Source of the DNA: Syntrophales bacterium
GTDB lineage: Bacteria; Desulfobacterota; Syntrophia; Syntrophales; UBA4778
DNA: 64,000 nucleotides
Direction of reading: 5' to 3'
Assembly: GCA_963665615.2 (NCBI GenBank)
Contig: CAXXQE010000008.1
Location: 434,001-498,000 of the forward strand
Below, piece after piece: positions 6,484 through 17,392 of the stretch (positions within the stretch are counted from its first letter, which is position 1; every line of letters begins with the position of its first letter). The notes beneath the pieces were generated by a model. It saw only the letters and a program-made list of their open reading frames with translations, did no database searches and was not told the DNA's origin. Position numbers and translations under genes: made by a program.

Positions 6484-8196
6484 ATGCCCGAAAAACGAGC
6501 AAAACTTCTATTTCTTTTCATTATTCCGCTTTTTCTGTTTGTCGTGATGAACGCCTTCATGCCCCTCCTGGAACCGGACGAAGGCCGTTACAGCGACATC
6601 CCGAGCCTGATGAATCAGACTGGTGATTATGTCACGCCCCAACTCCACCACGTCGTCTATCTGGAAAAGCCTCCCCTGGCCTACTGGGCAACGGCCCTTA
6701 TTTTCAAGGTCCTTGGGGAAAGCGCCTTTTCCGCGCGCCTATTCGTGGCCTTGTGCACGTGGGGATGCGTCCTGATCGTCTATTTTATCGGCCGCCGATT
6801 TCGGGATACCCGAACGGGACTCTATGCCGCCGGCGTTCTGAGCACCTTTCTCTTTCATTATCTGATCGGAAAGATCAATATTCTCGACATGCCCCTGACT
6901 TTCTTCGTCTGCCTGGCTATCTGGATGGGCTATCTCTATCTTTCCGGCGAACCCAAACGGAGGGGATGGATCTATGGATGTTATGTCGCCTGCGCGCTGG
7001 CCTTCCTCACCAAAGGGCTGATCGGCATCGTCTTTCCCTTCGGCATTCTTGGACTGTGGCTGATCGTCGAAAAGAGATGGCGGGACATCCCCCGACTCAT
7101 TTCCCCCGTGGGCATTCTGGCTTTGCTGGCCTGCGTGCTGCCTTGGGTGATCCTGGCCCAGCGGGCCAACCCCGATTTTCTCTGGTTCTTCTTTGTCCAG
7201 GAACATTTCCTGCGTTACACGACAACAATGCATGGCCGGGCGGGTTCATTGTTTTATTACGTTCCTATTTTACTTGTCGGCACGATCCCCTGGGGCGCCT
7301 GGTTGTGGGTGGCCGTCAAGGAGGGGTCCGTTCGTTGGCGCGAGCTCTTTGAAAAACACGATTACAGGTTCCTGCTCGTTTGGGCCGGACTGATCTTCCT
7401 TTTCTACTCTGTTTCGTCGTCCAAGCTGATCCCGTATCTGGGCCCGGTCTTTTTACCCGTTGCCGTTATCATGGGTTGCATTTTCAGGATTGCAGAAGAC
7501 CGTTTCCCTGCTGGCATGGATGCGAAGCCGCTTTACCGGGTGCCCGTCTATGTTCAATCCCTGCTCCTGATCGTGGCGCTCATCATTCCCCCGTTCATGC
7601 AACAGGGAAATCTGGGGGGTGATCTGGACTTTCTGGAAACATTCAACTGGCTGGGCCTTATTGACGTTCCGATTATCATTCTGATCCTGATGCTTTTTCT
7701 GCCTGATCGAATGGAGCGCTTCAAACGGGAGGGGTGGTTCATCACAATCTATGCGTTCAGTGTTATCTTCATGACCTCTCTCGTGATGCCGGCAACGAAT
7801 TTTCTCGCGCCATACAAATCTGCCTGGCCGATCGCGCAGGTCGTAAAAAAATACCTCCCCCCTGACAAGGAACTCTATCAGTACGACATCGCATTTTACG
7901 GCATCGATTTTTATACGAAGCTCAGGACCCCCATTGTAACGGACTGGGGGGAACTCGCCCCCGGGATTCCGAAGTTGCCGGAGGCTGAACGGAAGCACTA
8001 TTTTCTTTCCTCTCAGGAATTCTATGATCTGTGCCGAAGGCAGGGAGAGGTCTATTGTGTCACACAGTACCCGCGACGCCTGGCCAACCTGAAAAAGGAA
8101 TTCCCGAATCTGGAAATATTATGGAGCAATGACGCCCTTTTTTTGATAAAGATACACGCGAAACCTTCTGCCAAAGGATCGACCATTGCAGATTAG
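6484..8196 (+). CDS. arnT: 4-amino-4-deoxy-L-arabinose transferase (GT39/ArnT)
   Basis: EPDEGRY, YLEKPPL, LTKG, EHFLRY, SKLIPY; polytopic membrane protein; alternative start 6433. Confidence 0.9.
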   Translation: MPEKRAKLLFLFIIPLFLFVVMNAFMPLLEPDEGRYSDIPSLMNQTGDYVTPQLHHVVYLEKPPLAYWATALIFKVLGESAFSARLFVALCTWGCVLIVYFIGRRFRDTRTGLYAAGVLSTFLFHYLIGKINILDMPLTFFVCLAIWMGYLYLSGEPKRRGWIYGCYVACALAFLTKGLIGIVFPFGILGLWLIVEKRWRDIPRLISPVGILALLACVLPWVILAQRANPDFLWFFFVQEHFLRYTTTMHGRAGSLFYYVPILLVGTIPWGAWLWVAVKEGSVRWRELFEKHDYRFLLVWAGLIFLFYSVSSSKLIPYLGPVFLPVAVIMGCIFRIAEDRFPAGMDAKPLYRVPVYVQSLLLIVALIIPPFMQQGNLGGDLDFLETFNWLGLIDVPIIILILMLFLPDRMERFKREGWFITIYAFSVIFMTSLVMPATNFLAPYKSAWPIAQVVKKYLPPDKELYQYDIAFYGIDFYTKLRTPIVTDWGELAPGIPKLPEAERKHYFLSSQEFYDLCRRQGEVYCVTQYPRRLANLKKEFPNLEILWSNDALFLIKIHAKPSAKGSTIAD

Positions 8197-9337
8197 AGAC
8201 GATTTTTTACCCCTGAACCGACCCTCGATCGGCGACACCGAAATCGAGGGCGTGGTGGCCTGCCTGAAATCGGGCTGGATCACCACCGGCCCCCAGTGCA
8301 AGGCCTTTGAAGAACAATTCTCCGCGCTGACTGGCGCGCCCTGTGCGATTTCTCTCACGTCGGCGACGGCGGGGATGCACCTCGCCCTGACGGCCCTGAA
8401 TCTGCAGGCGGGCGACGAGATCATCACGCCTTCCATGACCTTCGCCTCAACGGTCAATATGATCGCCCTCTGCGGCGGGACACCCGTTTTTGCCGATGTC
8501 GATTACGGCACCCTGAACATCGATCCGGGTCAGATTGAGCAGCTGATCACGCCCAGAACCCGGGCCATTATCCCTGTCCACTTTGCCGGCGCTCCGGTCA
8601 ACATGGATCGGATCAACGCGATCGCCAAGGCGCATCAGCTGGTGGTGATCGAGGATGCCGCCCACGCGATCGGCACCTATTACAAGGGCATTCACGCCGG
8701 CGGTTTCGGCCACATCGCCATCTTCTCCTTCCATCCGATCAAGAACATAACGACCGGAGAGGGGGGCCTGGTGACGTTGTTCGATCCAGACCTGGAGAAG
8801 CGGCTGCGCCTCCTGAGGTTCCACGGTATCGAGCGCGACGCCTGGAAACGCTATGGCAAGGGAGGCAATCCCGAGTATGACATCGCCCTCCCCGGGTTCA
8901 AGTACAATATGACTGACATCCAGGCCGCTCTGGGAATCGCCCAACTGGGCCGCCTCAAGGAAATGAACGCCGCGAGAGAAAAACTGGCCCAGTGCTATCT
9001 GGAGGGGCTCCGAGGTGTTGACGGGATCGAGCTGCCGCAACTGCCCGATTATCCCCATATCCACTCCTGGCATCTCTTCATCATCAAGATACAGGCGATG
9101 GAGCGGGGGACCTTCATGCAACGGCTCTCAGATTACAACATCGGATATGGTATTCACTTTCCGGCCTGTCACCGGCTGAACTATATTCAAGACAGATTCG
9201 GGAAGGCCACGCACGATCTTGCGAATACCGAGGCCGTTACGGACCGGATCCTCTCACTGCCCCTTTTTCCGACCATGACGGAACAGGATGTCCATTATGT
9301 GTGCGCGGCCATCAAGGAGATTGTAAGCCATGGCTGA
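8186..9337 (+). CDS. arnB: UDP-4-amino-4-deoxy-L-arabinose aminotransferase
   Basis: SGWITTGP, IEDAAHA, FSFHPIKNITTGEGG, PGFKYN; TTG start. Confidence 0.92.
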   Translation: MQIRDDFLPLNRPSIGDTEIEGVVACLKSGWITTGPQCKAFEEQFSALTGAPCAISLTSATAGMHLALTALNLQAGDEIITPSMTFASTVNMIALCGGTPVFADVDYGTLNIDPGQIEQLITPRTRAIIPVHFAGAPVNMDRINAIAKAHQLVVIEDAAHAIGTYYKGIHAGGFGHIAIFSFHPIKNITTGEGGLVTLFDPDLEKRLRLLRFHGIERDAWKRYGKGGNPEYDIALPGFKYNMTDIQAALGIAQLGRLKEMNAAREKLAQCYLEGLRGVDGIELPQLPDYPHIHSWHLFIIKIQAMERGTFMQRLSDYNIGYGIHFPACHRLNYIQDRFGKATHDLANTEAVTDRILSLPLFPTMTEQDVHYVCAAIKEIVSHG

Positions 9338-10286
9338 TTCAGCACTTCAGGTCTCCGTCGTCATTCCAGTCTTCAATGAGGAGAAAGGCCTGCGTCGTCT
9401 GATGGAGCGGCTACGGCCGGTCTTGGACGGCCTTGGAAAATCTTATGAGATCGTGATGGTCGATGACGGCAGCCGGGACAACTCGCTCGCCCTCCTCAAG
9501 GAGTTCGGCAGGGAGCCCGGAATCGTTATCGTCGAGCTGACAAAAAACTACGGACAGCATGCCGCCATCTTTGCCGGATTTTTCGTTTCCCAGGGCGAGA
9601 TCGTCGTCACGATGGATGCGGATCTCCAGAACCCGCCGGAAGAAATCCCCCGCTTGCTGAAAACGATGGAAGACGGCGGGTTCGACGTCGTAGGAACCAT
9701 CCGCAGGGAACGAAAGGATTCCATTTTCAGAAAGTGGCCGTCCAAGGTCATCAATATGGTGGCGCGCAAGATCACCAAGGTCAAGATGACCGACTGGGGC
9801 TGCATGTTGCGGGCCTATCGCCGCCCGATCGTTGACCGCATGATCGACTGCCACGAGCAATCCACCTTTATCCCGGCGCTGGCAACGTACTTCGCAAAGA
9901 AGGTCACCGAGATCGAGGTGGCGCATGAAGAACGCTTTGCGGGCGAGTCCAACTACCCGCTGCGCAAATTGATCAATCTGCAATTCGACCTGGTATCATC
10001 CTTCTCGGCCTTTCCGCTGAAAATCATCCTGTACAGCGGCATTCTCTTCGCATTGATGGGCATCAGCCTGGGATGCGTCCTCGCCATCGCGCGACTGGCT
10101 TACGGCGCATCATGGGCGGCCGAAGGTGTCTTTACGCTCTTTGCCATCCTCTTTGCCTTCGTCGGCTTTCAGTTCTTCGCGCTCGGCATCATGGGAGAAT
10201 ACATCGGACGGATCTACCAACAGGTCCGCAAACGGCCGGAATACGTCATCGACAATATTTATCGCGCAACTTCGGATAAGCCATGA
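9330..10286 (+). CDS. arnC: Undecaprenyl-phosphate L-Ara4FN transferase (GT2)
   Basis: VDDGSRD, NYGQHAA, DADLQNPPEEIP, GEYIGRIY. Confidence 0.92.
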   Translation: MADSALQVSVVIPVFNEEKGLRRLMERLRPVLDGLGKSYEIVMVDDGSRDNSLALLKEFGREPGIVIVELTKNYGQHAAIFAGFFVSQGEIVVTMDADLQNPPEEIPRLLKTMEDGGFDVVGTIRRERKDSIFRKWPSKVINMVARKITKVKMTDWGCMLRAYRRPIVDRMIDCHEQSTFIPALATYFAKKVTEIEVAHEERFAGESNYPLRKLINLQFDLVSSFSAFPLKIILYSGILFALMGISLGCVLAIARLAYGASWAAEGVFTLFAILFAFVGFQFFALGIMGEYIGRIYQQVRKRPEYVIDNIYRATSDKP

Positions 10287-11203
10287 GGGCCGTTGTCTTC
10301 GCTTATCACGACATGGGCCTCGTCGGTCTCAAGGCGTTGAAGGAGGCCGGGTTCGAGATCACTGCAATCTTCACCCATGAGGATAACCCCGACGAAAACA
10401 GGTGGTTCGGATCGGTCGCCGACTGGGGACGTGAGAACGGCATCCTTGTTTTCAAACCGGAGACGGTCAACACCCCAGAGTGGGTCGAGCGTATCGCAGC
10501 GATGGCGCCTGATTCGATTTTTTCTTTTTACTATCGCAACCTCCTGCCCGAAGCCACCCTGGACATTCCAAAGGCAGGCGCCTATAATCTTCACGGCTCG
10601 CTGCTTCCGAAATACCGTGGCCGGGTCCCCATCAATTGGGTTCTCGTCAATGGCGAGACGGAAACCGGCGTGACATTGCACCATATGGTCGCCCGCGCCG
10701 ATGCCGGCGATATCGTGGGACAGCGGCGTGTCGAGATTACCCTGGAGGATACGGCGCACAGCCTGTTCAAGAAGCTCCTGATCGCGGCAGAGCGCTTGCT
10801 CCATGACGTGCTGCCGCTGATCCGGGAAGGACGCGCGCCAAAAATTCCTCAGGATCTGAGCCAGGGGAGTTACTTCGGACGGCGACGCCCTGAAGACGGC
10901 CTCATCGACTGGCAGGCCTCTTCCATGCAGATCTATAATCTGATTCGCGCCGTGACCGATCCCTATCCCGGGGCCTTTACCTATCTTCCGGATGGGCGCA
11001 AAGTAATCGTCTGGTGGGGCATTCCAGAGGATAGCGACGTGAAAGCGGACATTCCCTGTGGCGCCGTCATCAATGATGGCGCCGGTGTTCGGGTCCGCAC
11101 GGGCAGCGGGTGGTTACGACTGAAGGACGTTGAGATGGCCGGAAAGCGGCTGGCCGATAGCAGCATTGCATTACATTTCAAAACAGGGGAACAACTGACA
11201 TGA
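10283..11203 (+). CDS. arnA: UDP-L-Ara4N formyltransferase (stand-alone ArnA N-terminal domain)
   Basis: [31 protein letters not shown]. Confidence 0.9.
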   Translation: MRAVVFAYHDMGLVGLKALKEAGFEITAIFTHEDNPDENRWFGSVADWGRENGILVFKPETVNTPEWVERIAAMAPDSIFSFYYRNLLPEATLDIPKAGAYNLHGSLLPKYRGRVPINWVLVNGETETGVTLHHMVARADAGDIVGQRRVEITLEDTAHSLFKKLLIAAERLLHDVLPLIREGRAPKIPQDLSQGSYFGRRRPEDGLIDWQASSMQIYNLIRAVTDPYPGAFTYLPDGRKVIVWWGIPEDSDVKADIPCGAVINDGAGVRVRTGSGWLRLKDVEMAGKRLADSSIALHFKTGEQLT

Positions 11204-12219
11204 AGATTCTTATCCTGGGCGTTAACGGTTTTATAGGGCATCACCTGGCCAATCAGATTCTCGAGACGACCGACTGGACGATTTACGGCATGGATCTGGG
11301 CTCCGACCGACTCGGCAGCGCCCTCGACCATCCCCGCTTCAACTTCCTCGAAGGGGACATCGAGATCAACAAGGAGTGGATCGAGTATCACATCAAAAAG
11401 TGCGACGTCATCATGCCCCTGGTGGCCATCGCCACGCCGAAGCTCTACGTCGAGGATCCCCTCCGCGTCTTCCATCTCGACTTCGAGATGAATCTGCAGA
11501 TTGTCAAGCAGTGCGTCAAGTATCGCAAACGGATCGTCTTCCCCTCCACCTCCGAAGTCTATGGCGCCTGCCCGGACCCGGAATTCACGGAAGACGAAAG
11601 CTATTTGGTCACAGGCCCCATCCAGAAGGAACGGTGGATCTATTCCAGCAGCAAGCAGCTCCTCGACCGTGTCATCTACGCCTATGGCACCCGCGGCCAT
11701 GTCGACTTCACACTCTTCCGCCCCTTTAACTGGATCGGCCCGAGACTGGATTCCCTGGATGCCGCCAAAGAGGGCAGCTCGCGTGTCGTCACCCAATTTA
11801 TCGCCGAGTTAATGATGAAACGACCAATCAGCCTGGTGGACGGTGGCAACCAGAAGCGCTGTTTCACCTATGTCGACGACGGCATCGCCGCGCTGGTCAA
11901 GATCCTCGAAAACAAAGACAACTGCTGCAAGAACCAGATCATCAACATCGGCAATCCTCGGAACGAATGCTCCGTTGCCGAACTGGCCACTCTCCTGAAG
12001 AATCTCTTCATGGCCCATCCCCGCCACAAAAGCGACGACCGTTTTTCTGAAATTGTCGAGGTCAAATCCGATCAGTACTACGGCAAGGGCTATCAGGATA
12101 TCGTCACGCGGAAGCCCTCCATCGCCAAGGCCACACAGCTTCTGGGGTGGCGGCCGGAAATCGGCCTGGAGGATTCGATGAAGCGAACCCTCTACGCGTT
12201 CCTTGAAGAGAACGAATGA
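11200..12219 (+). CDS. arnA: UDP-glucuronate decarboxylase (stand-alone ArnA C-terminal domain)
   Basis: [37 protein letters not shown]. Confidence 0.93.
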   Translation: MKILILGVNGFIGHHLANQILETTDWTIYGMDLGSDRLGSALDHPRFNFLEGDIEINKEWIEYHIKKCDVIMPLVAIATPKLYVEDPLRVFHLDFEMNLQIVKQCVKYRKRIVFPSTSEVYGACPDPEFTEDESYLVTGPIQKERWIYSSSKQLLDRVIYAYGTRGHVDFTLFRPFNWIGPRLDSLDAAKEGSSRVVTQFIAELMMKRPISLVDGGNQKRCFTYVDDGIAALVKILENKDNCCKNQIINIGNPRNECSVAELATLLKNLFMAHPRHKSDDRFSEIVEVKSDQYYGKGYQDIVTRKPSIAKATQLLGWRPEIGLEDSMKRTLYAFLEENE

Positions 12220-13079
12220 CCGGCAATATTCTCGGCCTAAAGATCGATGTCGACACCTACGTCGGCATGAAGCGGGGCGTCCCAAAGCTCCTGGAGATTC
12301 TGGATCGGTTTGGCGTCAAGGCGACGTTCTTCCTGAGCCTGGGACCGGACGCCTCCGGACGCGCCATCTTGCAGCTTCTGAAAAATCCGCGCTTCCTGAA
12401 AAAGATGGCGCGCACCAACGCTGCACAGCTCTACGGATTCAAAACCGCGCTGTATGGCACGCTACTGCCGTCACCGAAAATCGCCCTGTCTTTTCCGGAC
12501 CTAGTCCGACGGATCATCGCCGAGGGGCATGAGGTGGCCTTCCATGCCTGGGATCACCGGCGCTGGCAGGACGACCTGGCGACCCGCTCCGACCGCTGGG
12601 TTGCAGACTGGTTCCGGCGCGGCGTCGAGGCCTACGTTCACCTGGTGGGGCATGAACCGCGATCCTTCGGGGCACCTGCCTGGACCGTGGATGACCGGGC
12701 CCTTGCCGTTGTCAAAACCTATCCCTTCACCTTTCTGAGCTGCTCGCGTGCGCAGCATCCCTTTATCGAAACACAAACCGGACTCGTCGAAATCCCGTCG
12801 GATCTTCCCTGCCTGGAAGAAATCGGCGTTGAAGGAGGCGTCGACCGCATTCTCGTTGAACTGAAAAAAGGCGGCCTGCATATCCTTCCCGTTCATGCCG
12901 AGGCGGAAGGCGGGATCTGGGCCGATCACTTCATCGCACTGCTGGAAAAATTGTCCGGAATGGATTACCGTATTGTGAAACTGGAAGAGATCCGGGAGAT
13001 GCTGGCTCTTGATCTTTTGGAGAGGCGGCCTTACCGGATGGCGCTGCTGCCGGGCAGGGCGGTTCCCTGTTGCGTCTGA
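12216..13079 (+). CDS. arnD: L-Ara4FN-undecaprenyl deformylase (polysaccharide deacetylase family)
   Basis: [33 protein letters not shown]. Confidence 0.88.
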   Translation: MTGNILGLKIDVDTYVGMKRGVPKLLEILDRFGVKATFFLSLGPDASGRAILQLLKNPRFLKKMARTNAAQLYGFKTALYGTLLPSPKIALSFPDLVRRIIAEGHEVAFHAWDHRRWQDDLATRSDRWVADWFRRGVEAYVHLVGHEPRSFGAPAWTVDDRALAVVKTYPFTFLSCSRAQHPFIETQTGLVEIPSDLPCLEEIGVEGGVDRILVELKKGGLHILPVHAEAEGGIWADHFIALLEKLSGMDYRIVKLEEIREMLALDLLERRPYRMALLPGRAVPCCV

Positions 13080-13090
13080 GTATAGCGCGG

Positions 13091-13115
13091 CTGACGCCGC
13101 AGTGACAGGTGACGA
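13091..13115 (+). repeat. 25-bp direct repeat copy 1
   Basis: CTGACGCCGCAGTGACAGGTGACGA; 22/25 identical to 14291-14315. Confidence 0.65.
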
Positions 13116-13246
13116 GTCACACGTAAACGACTGAGAAACATCAGGATGCAGGTCACAAACCTCGGTTTGGCGGCAAATTCAGCCCCAACAGGTTGCTGCT
13201 CCGCGGGATTGCACGGGTCCAAGAAAAAGCATCGGCGGCTGAATCC

Positions 13247-14287
13247 ATGAATCAAGGCAGCATACCCAAAGTCGAAGTGTTGCGTGAATTTGTTGGTCGG
13301 TGTGCGGGAACCCTGCTGATCGTGACGCATGACAATCCCGATCCCGATGCGCTCGCCTCGGCATTTGCCCTCCACTATCTCGTCACATCCGTCTGGAACG
13401 GACACGCCACCATCGCCTATGGCGGCATGATCGGGCGGGCCGAGAACCGAACACTGGTCAAGTCCATCAAGATGGATCTCCACCCCCTCTCCGAACTCCG
13501 GTTGAAGGATTACAAGCTGATCGCCTTGATGGACAGCCAACCGGTCGCCGGCAATCATTCCCTGCCCGAATCTCTCTGTCCCGACATCGTCATCGACCAC
13601 CACGAATCTCCTTATAGCGGGAAGGAAAACATCTGCGACAGTCCCTTTGCAGACATTCGCCCCGATTACGGCAGCACGTCCAGCATCCTGACGGAGTATC
13701 TACGCGATTCAGGGCTTACCGACATTCATCGCGAGGTCGCCACGGCGCTCATCTACGGCATCCGTTCAGATACCCGTGATTTCGGGCGTACGGCAGGTCC
13801 CCCTGACAGCGCCGCCAATATTTTCCTCTACCCCTGGGTCGATTTCAAACTTCTCTCTTCGATTGAACATCCTCGGCTCAGTCGCGAATACTTCAAGCGT
13901 CTTGCCCGGACCATCGAGCAGGCAGTCGTCAGTGACGACATCGTTATCGCCGATCTGAAGGAGATTGACAGCACCGATGCGTTATCAGAAATAGCGGATC
14001 TGCTGGTGCGGTTGGAGGGCATTAAATGGGCGCTTTGCTATGGGCGTCTTCAAGACGGACTTTACTTTTCGCTTCGAATGGCGGGACGACAGGGGCATGC
14101 GGGAAACCTGGCGAAACAAATCGTAACGGGAATCGGGACGGGTGGCGGCCACCACCTGATGGCCGGAGGGAAAATCCCTTGGGGCCGGGAGGGCGCAGCA
14201 GCATACCCCGAAAAAGCTCAAGAGCTGAAGAACCTATTTCTCGATGCAGTCAAAAGGAAAACCTTTAGGGGGAAACCGCTCGCATAA
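13247..14287 (+). CDS. DHH family phosphoesterase (NrnA/c-di-AMP phosphodiesterase-like)
   Basis: THDNPDPDA, IDHH, GIRSDT, GGGH...AGG. Confidence 0.9.
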   Translation: MNQGSIPKVEVLREFVGRCAGTLLIVTHDNPDPDALASAFALHYLVTSVWNGHATIAYGGMIGRAENRTLVKSIKMDLHPLSELRLKDYKLIALMDSQPVAGNHSLPESLCPDIVIDHHESPYSGKENICDSPFADIRPDYGSTSSILTEYLRDSGLTDIHREVATALIYGIRSDTRDFGRTAGPPDSAANIFLYPWVDFKLLSSIEHPRLSREYFKRLARTIEQAVVSDDIVIADLKEIDSTDALSEIADLLVRLEGIKWALCYGRLQDGLYFSLRMAGRQGHAGNLAKQIVTGIGTGGGHHLMAGGKIPWGREGAAAYPEKAQELKNLFLDAVKRKTFRGKPLA

Positions 14288-14290
14288 TCT

Positions 14291-14315
14291 CTGCCGCCGG
14301 AGCGACAGGTGACGA
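14291..14315 (+). repeat. 25-bp direct repeat copy 2
   Basis: CTGCCGCCGGAGCGACAGGTGACGA. Confidence 0.65.
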
Positions 14316-14336
14316 ACGCTTGAAAGATCTCAAATC

Positions 14337-14395
14337 CTGTCATTGCGCTTGTCCCGCCTCTATAGCGGGGAGGAGCGCAGTGATGAAGCAATCTC
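14337..14395 (+). repeat. REP-like element interrupted by a small hairpin
   Basis: GTCATTGCG[CTTGTCCCGCCTCTATAGCGGG]GAGGAGCGCAGTGATGAAGCAATCTC; first 18 bp identical to 2193-2210. Confidence 0.6.
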
Positions 14396-14421
14396 CTTAA
14401 TTCAGCAAGTAGATTGTTCCG

Positions 14422-15087
14422 CTACCCGTTTATCTTCTGCTTCATCTGCCGGATCGTCTTGGCGTAGTCCCCAGAGGTAAAGACGGACGATCCCGCGACA
14501 AAGACATCCGCCCCCGCCTCCGAGATCTCGGCGATGTTTTCCAGATTCACCCCGCCATCGACCTCAATAATAGGCGGCTGCTCCAGGGCATCTGCCCACT
14601 GTCTGGCCTTTCGGATCTTGTCGAGCGTGCTTCGGATAAAACTCTGGCCTCCGAATCCGGGATTCACTGTCATGATCAGGAGCAGATCGATATCTCCGAA
14701 GATCTCCTCCACGGCGCCAAGGGGTGTCGCCGGATTCAGGGAGACACCCGCCTTTTTCCCCAACTCCTTGATCCGATGAATCGCCCGATTCAGATGGTTC
14801 GTCGCCTCGACATGCACGGTAATCCCGTCGCTGCCCGCATTTGCGAATGCCTCAAGATATCGTTCCGGATGATCGATCATCAGATGGACATCGAAAAACA
14901 GCGTTGTCGCGCGACGAATCGACCGAATTACCGGAGGACCGATGGTGATATTGGGAACAAAGCTCCCATCCATCACATCGACGTGGATCCAGTCCGCCCC
15001 GGCCGCTTCGACCGATTTAATCTCGGCTTCAAGCCGGCCGAAGTCGGCGGAGAGAATGGAAGGGGCGATTTTTTTCTCAGGCGTCAT
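14422..15087 (-). CDS. rpe: Ribulose-phosphate 3-epimerase
   Basis: IAPSILSADF, HVDVMDG, MTVNPGFGGQ, EVDGG. Confidence 0.97.
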   Translation of the reverse strand: MTPEKKIAPSILSADFGRLEAEIKSVEAAGADWIHVDVMDGSFVPNITIGPPVIRSIRRATTLFFDVHLMIDHPERYLEAFANAGSDGITVHVEATNHLNRAIHRIKELGKKAGVSLNPATPLGAVEEIFGDIDLLLIMTVNPGFGGQSFIRSTLDKIRKARQWADALEQPPIIEVDGGVNLENIAEISEAGADVFVAGSSVFTSGDYAKTIRQMKQKING

Positions 15088-15106
15088 GAGGCGGTCCTGT
15101 TGCGAT

Positions 15107-15862
15107 TTATTGCTTTTTCGGTTTTTCCAGATTCATAATAAGAGGATAAAGGGCTCCCGTCACCGTATCCTTTACGGTAATGCGAAGCTCCTTGCCCTGT
15201 TTTGCTTCGCCGGGGAAGAAGATGTAGCCGTAGGAGATCTCGTTGGGCTTGATGCTCTTGTTCTGCATGGAACGCGCCTTGAGGTCTTCACTAATCGATC
15301 GCTGCGCATCGGAATTATCTAGCCCCGTTGCACCACCCAGTACCGCACCGCCCGCAGCGCCTGCGACGGCACCTTTCATCGCGGCATCTCCCACGTTCTG
15401 TCCCGATACGATCCCGATCGCCGCACCGATGATACCACCTGCGATACCACCGAGCGCACCGTACTTGGCCCCTCTGGGTGCGACTTCACCCAGTTCGGTC
15501 TTCTTTTCAATTCTGTCATAAACCATACGGGAATCGAGCACCGGCCACAGCTTGTTGTCAACGTCCACCATAAAGGCCTTGTCCGCTACAATTTCCAGTG
15601 CGTCGGTCCCTTTGTGATCGAAAACCACCTGAATGGGCAGCACACCTGCCCCCAAAATGTCGAATCCGAAGCACTCTTCCGCTTCTTTCTTGGTATCAAA
15701 GGCCTTGGCAACGATCTGCGCACCTGCCACCTGAATCATGTTCGGAGAGGCGGCGGGAAGCTCCAGCGGCGCGATCTTTTGTTCATATCTCGTACAAGAT
15801 ACTGTAAACGCCGTAACCAGTATCATTAGAAAAATGATCCCATAAAGGTTCTTGTTTCGCAT
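15107..15862 (-). CDS. Lipoprotein with a glycine-zipper region
   Basis: Lipobox TVSC after a hydrophobic leader; GALGGIAGGIIGAAIG...GAVAGAAGGAVLGG. Confidence 0.8.
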   Translation of the reverse strand: MRNKNLYGIIFLMILVTAFTVSCTRYEQKIAPLELPAASPNMIQVAGAQIVAKAFDTKKEAEECFGFDILGAGVLPIQVVFDHKGTDALEIVADKAFMVDVDNKLWPVLDSRMVYDRIEKKTELGEVAPRGAKYGALGGIAGGIIGAAIGIVSGQNVGDAAMKGAVAGAAGGAVLGGATGLDNSDAQRSISEDLKARSMQNKSIKPNEISYGYIFFPGEAKQGKELRITVKDTVTGALYPLIMNLEKPKKQ

Positions 15863-15964
15863 AACATTCGACCCTTTCTTTTGCATTCGTATAAAAAATG
15901 ACACCTTTAAAGTATACACCGGCTCTGGATGCTGTCAATGTTAAATCCTGCCGACCAAATGGGA

Positions 15965-17392
15965 CTAATCTTCATCCGGTGTCGGTTCGGCAAGAACATC
16001 GAGGCCCGGTACGGTGTCGATTTCCTGCATGGCGTCATCCGCCGCATACGCTTCCAACTGTTTCTCCCAGAGGTATGTCCTGGTTTCCGCCACAACCACG
16101 CCATTGAGCAGAAAGAGCGCAACGAGGTTCGGAACGGCCATGAGGGCGTTCATGGCATCGGCCAGATCCCACACCAGTGGCACAGTTGCCACGGAACCTA
16201 GAAAGACAGCGATCACCCACAAATAGCGGTAGGGTTTCACGGCCGCCTTTCCGAAGAGATATTCCACTGCTTTTTCTCCATAGTATGACCAGCCGAGGAT
16301 CGTCGAAAAGACGAAGGTCAAGAGCCCGCCGACCAGCACAATGGGGCCGACAACGGGAATGAGCGCAAAGGCCGCCTTCGTAAGCGTGGCGCCGTTGAGG
16401 CCTTCCATACCCGCTGGCATGCGCACGACGCAACTGACCACGACGAGACCGGTCATCGCACAGATTACGACGGTGTCCCAGAAGGTGCCGGTTGACGAGA
16501 TGAGGGCCTGGCGGACAGGATTGCGCGTCTGTGCAGCAGCGGCCACGATGGGCGCAGACCCCAGTCCCGATTCGTTGGAAAAGAGGCCGCGGGCGATGCC
16601 GAAACGCATGGCCATCATCGTTGTTGCGCCAATGAATCCGCCACCCGCTGCCCGGGGCGTAAAGGCATCGTGAAAAATCAAATGCAGCGTCTCTGACAGC
16701 CAAGGGGCGTTGATGAACAGAATGATCAGGCACCCGATGACATAGAAGACCGCCATGAAGGGGACGAGCAGTGTGCAGGCCCAGGCGATGGATTGAATCC
16801 CGCCAAGCACCACAAGGGCGGTGAGCGCCGCCATGACCCCTCCGGAGACGACGGGCGAGATGTGGAAGGTCTCGTTAGCCAATGTCGCGATGGAATTGGC
16901 CTGGACCATATTGCCGATGCCGAAAGCGGCTAGGGCGGTAAAGAGGCAGAAGAGCGCGGCCAGCCATTTCATGTTCAGGCCCCGCGCCAGCGCATACATG
17001 GGGCCGCCCATCATGCTGCCGTCTGAGGTTCTGACCCGGTATTTCACAGCCAGCAGGGCCTCGGAATATTTGGTAGCGATCCCGAATACGCCCGTGAGCC
17101 ACATCCAGAGGACGGCCCCCGGGCCGCCCAACGCAACAGCCGTAGAGACCCCCACGATATTGCCGGTGCCGATCGTGGCGGCCAGGGCCGTCGCCAGCGC
17201 GCCGAAAGGGCTGATATCCCCGGCGCTCTTTCTATCCGGCGTCACGGACAAACGGATGGCTGTTCCGATATGGCGCTGCGGAAAACGCAGGCGGAAGGTC
17301 AGAAACAGATGGGCGCCGAAGAGCAGGACCAGCATCGGCGGGCCCCAGAGATAGCCGTTGAGCCAAATGATGGCATCATGAAAGGACTGCAT
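15965..17392 (-). CDS. Alanine/glycine:cation symporter (AGCS family)
   Basis: LAATIGTGNIVG, GGPGA, GGPMY, RGLFSNESGLGS. Confidence 0.95.
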   Translation of the reverse strand: MQSFHDAIIWLNGYLWGPPMLVLLFGAHLFLTFRLRFPQRHIGTAIRLSVTPDRKSAGDISPFGALATALAATIGTGNIVGVSTAVALGGPGAVLWMWLTGVFGIATKYSEALLAVKYRVRTSDGSMMGGPMYALARGLNMKWLAALFCLFTALAAFGIGNMVQANSIATLANETFHISPVVSGGVMAALTALVVLGGIQSIAWACTLLVPFMAVFYVIGCLIILFINAPWLSETLHLIFHDAFTPRAAGGGFIGATTMMAMRFGIARGLFSNESGLGSAPIVAAAAQTRNPVRQALISSTGTFWDTVVICAMTGLVVVSCVVRMPAGMEGLNGATLTKAAFALIPVVGPIVLVGGLLTFVFSTILGWSYYGEKAVEYLFGKAAVKPYRYLWVIAVFLGSVATVPLVWDLADAMNALMAVPNLVALFLLNGVVVAETRTYLWEKQLEAYAADDAMQEIDTVPGLDVLAEPTPDED

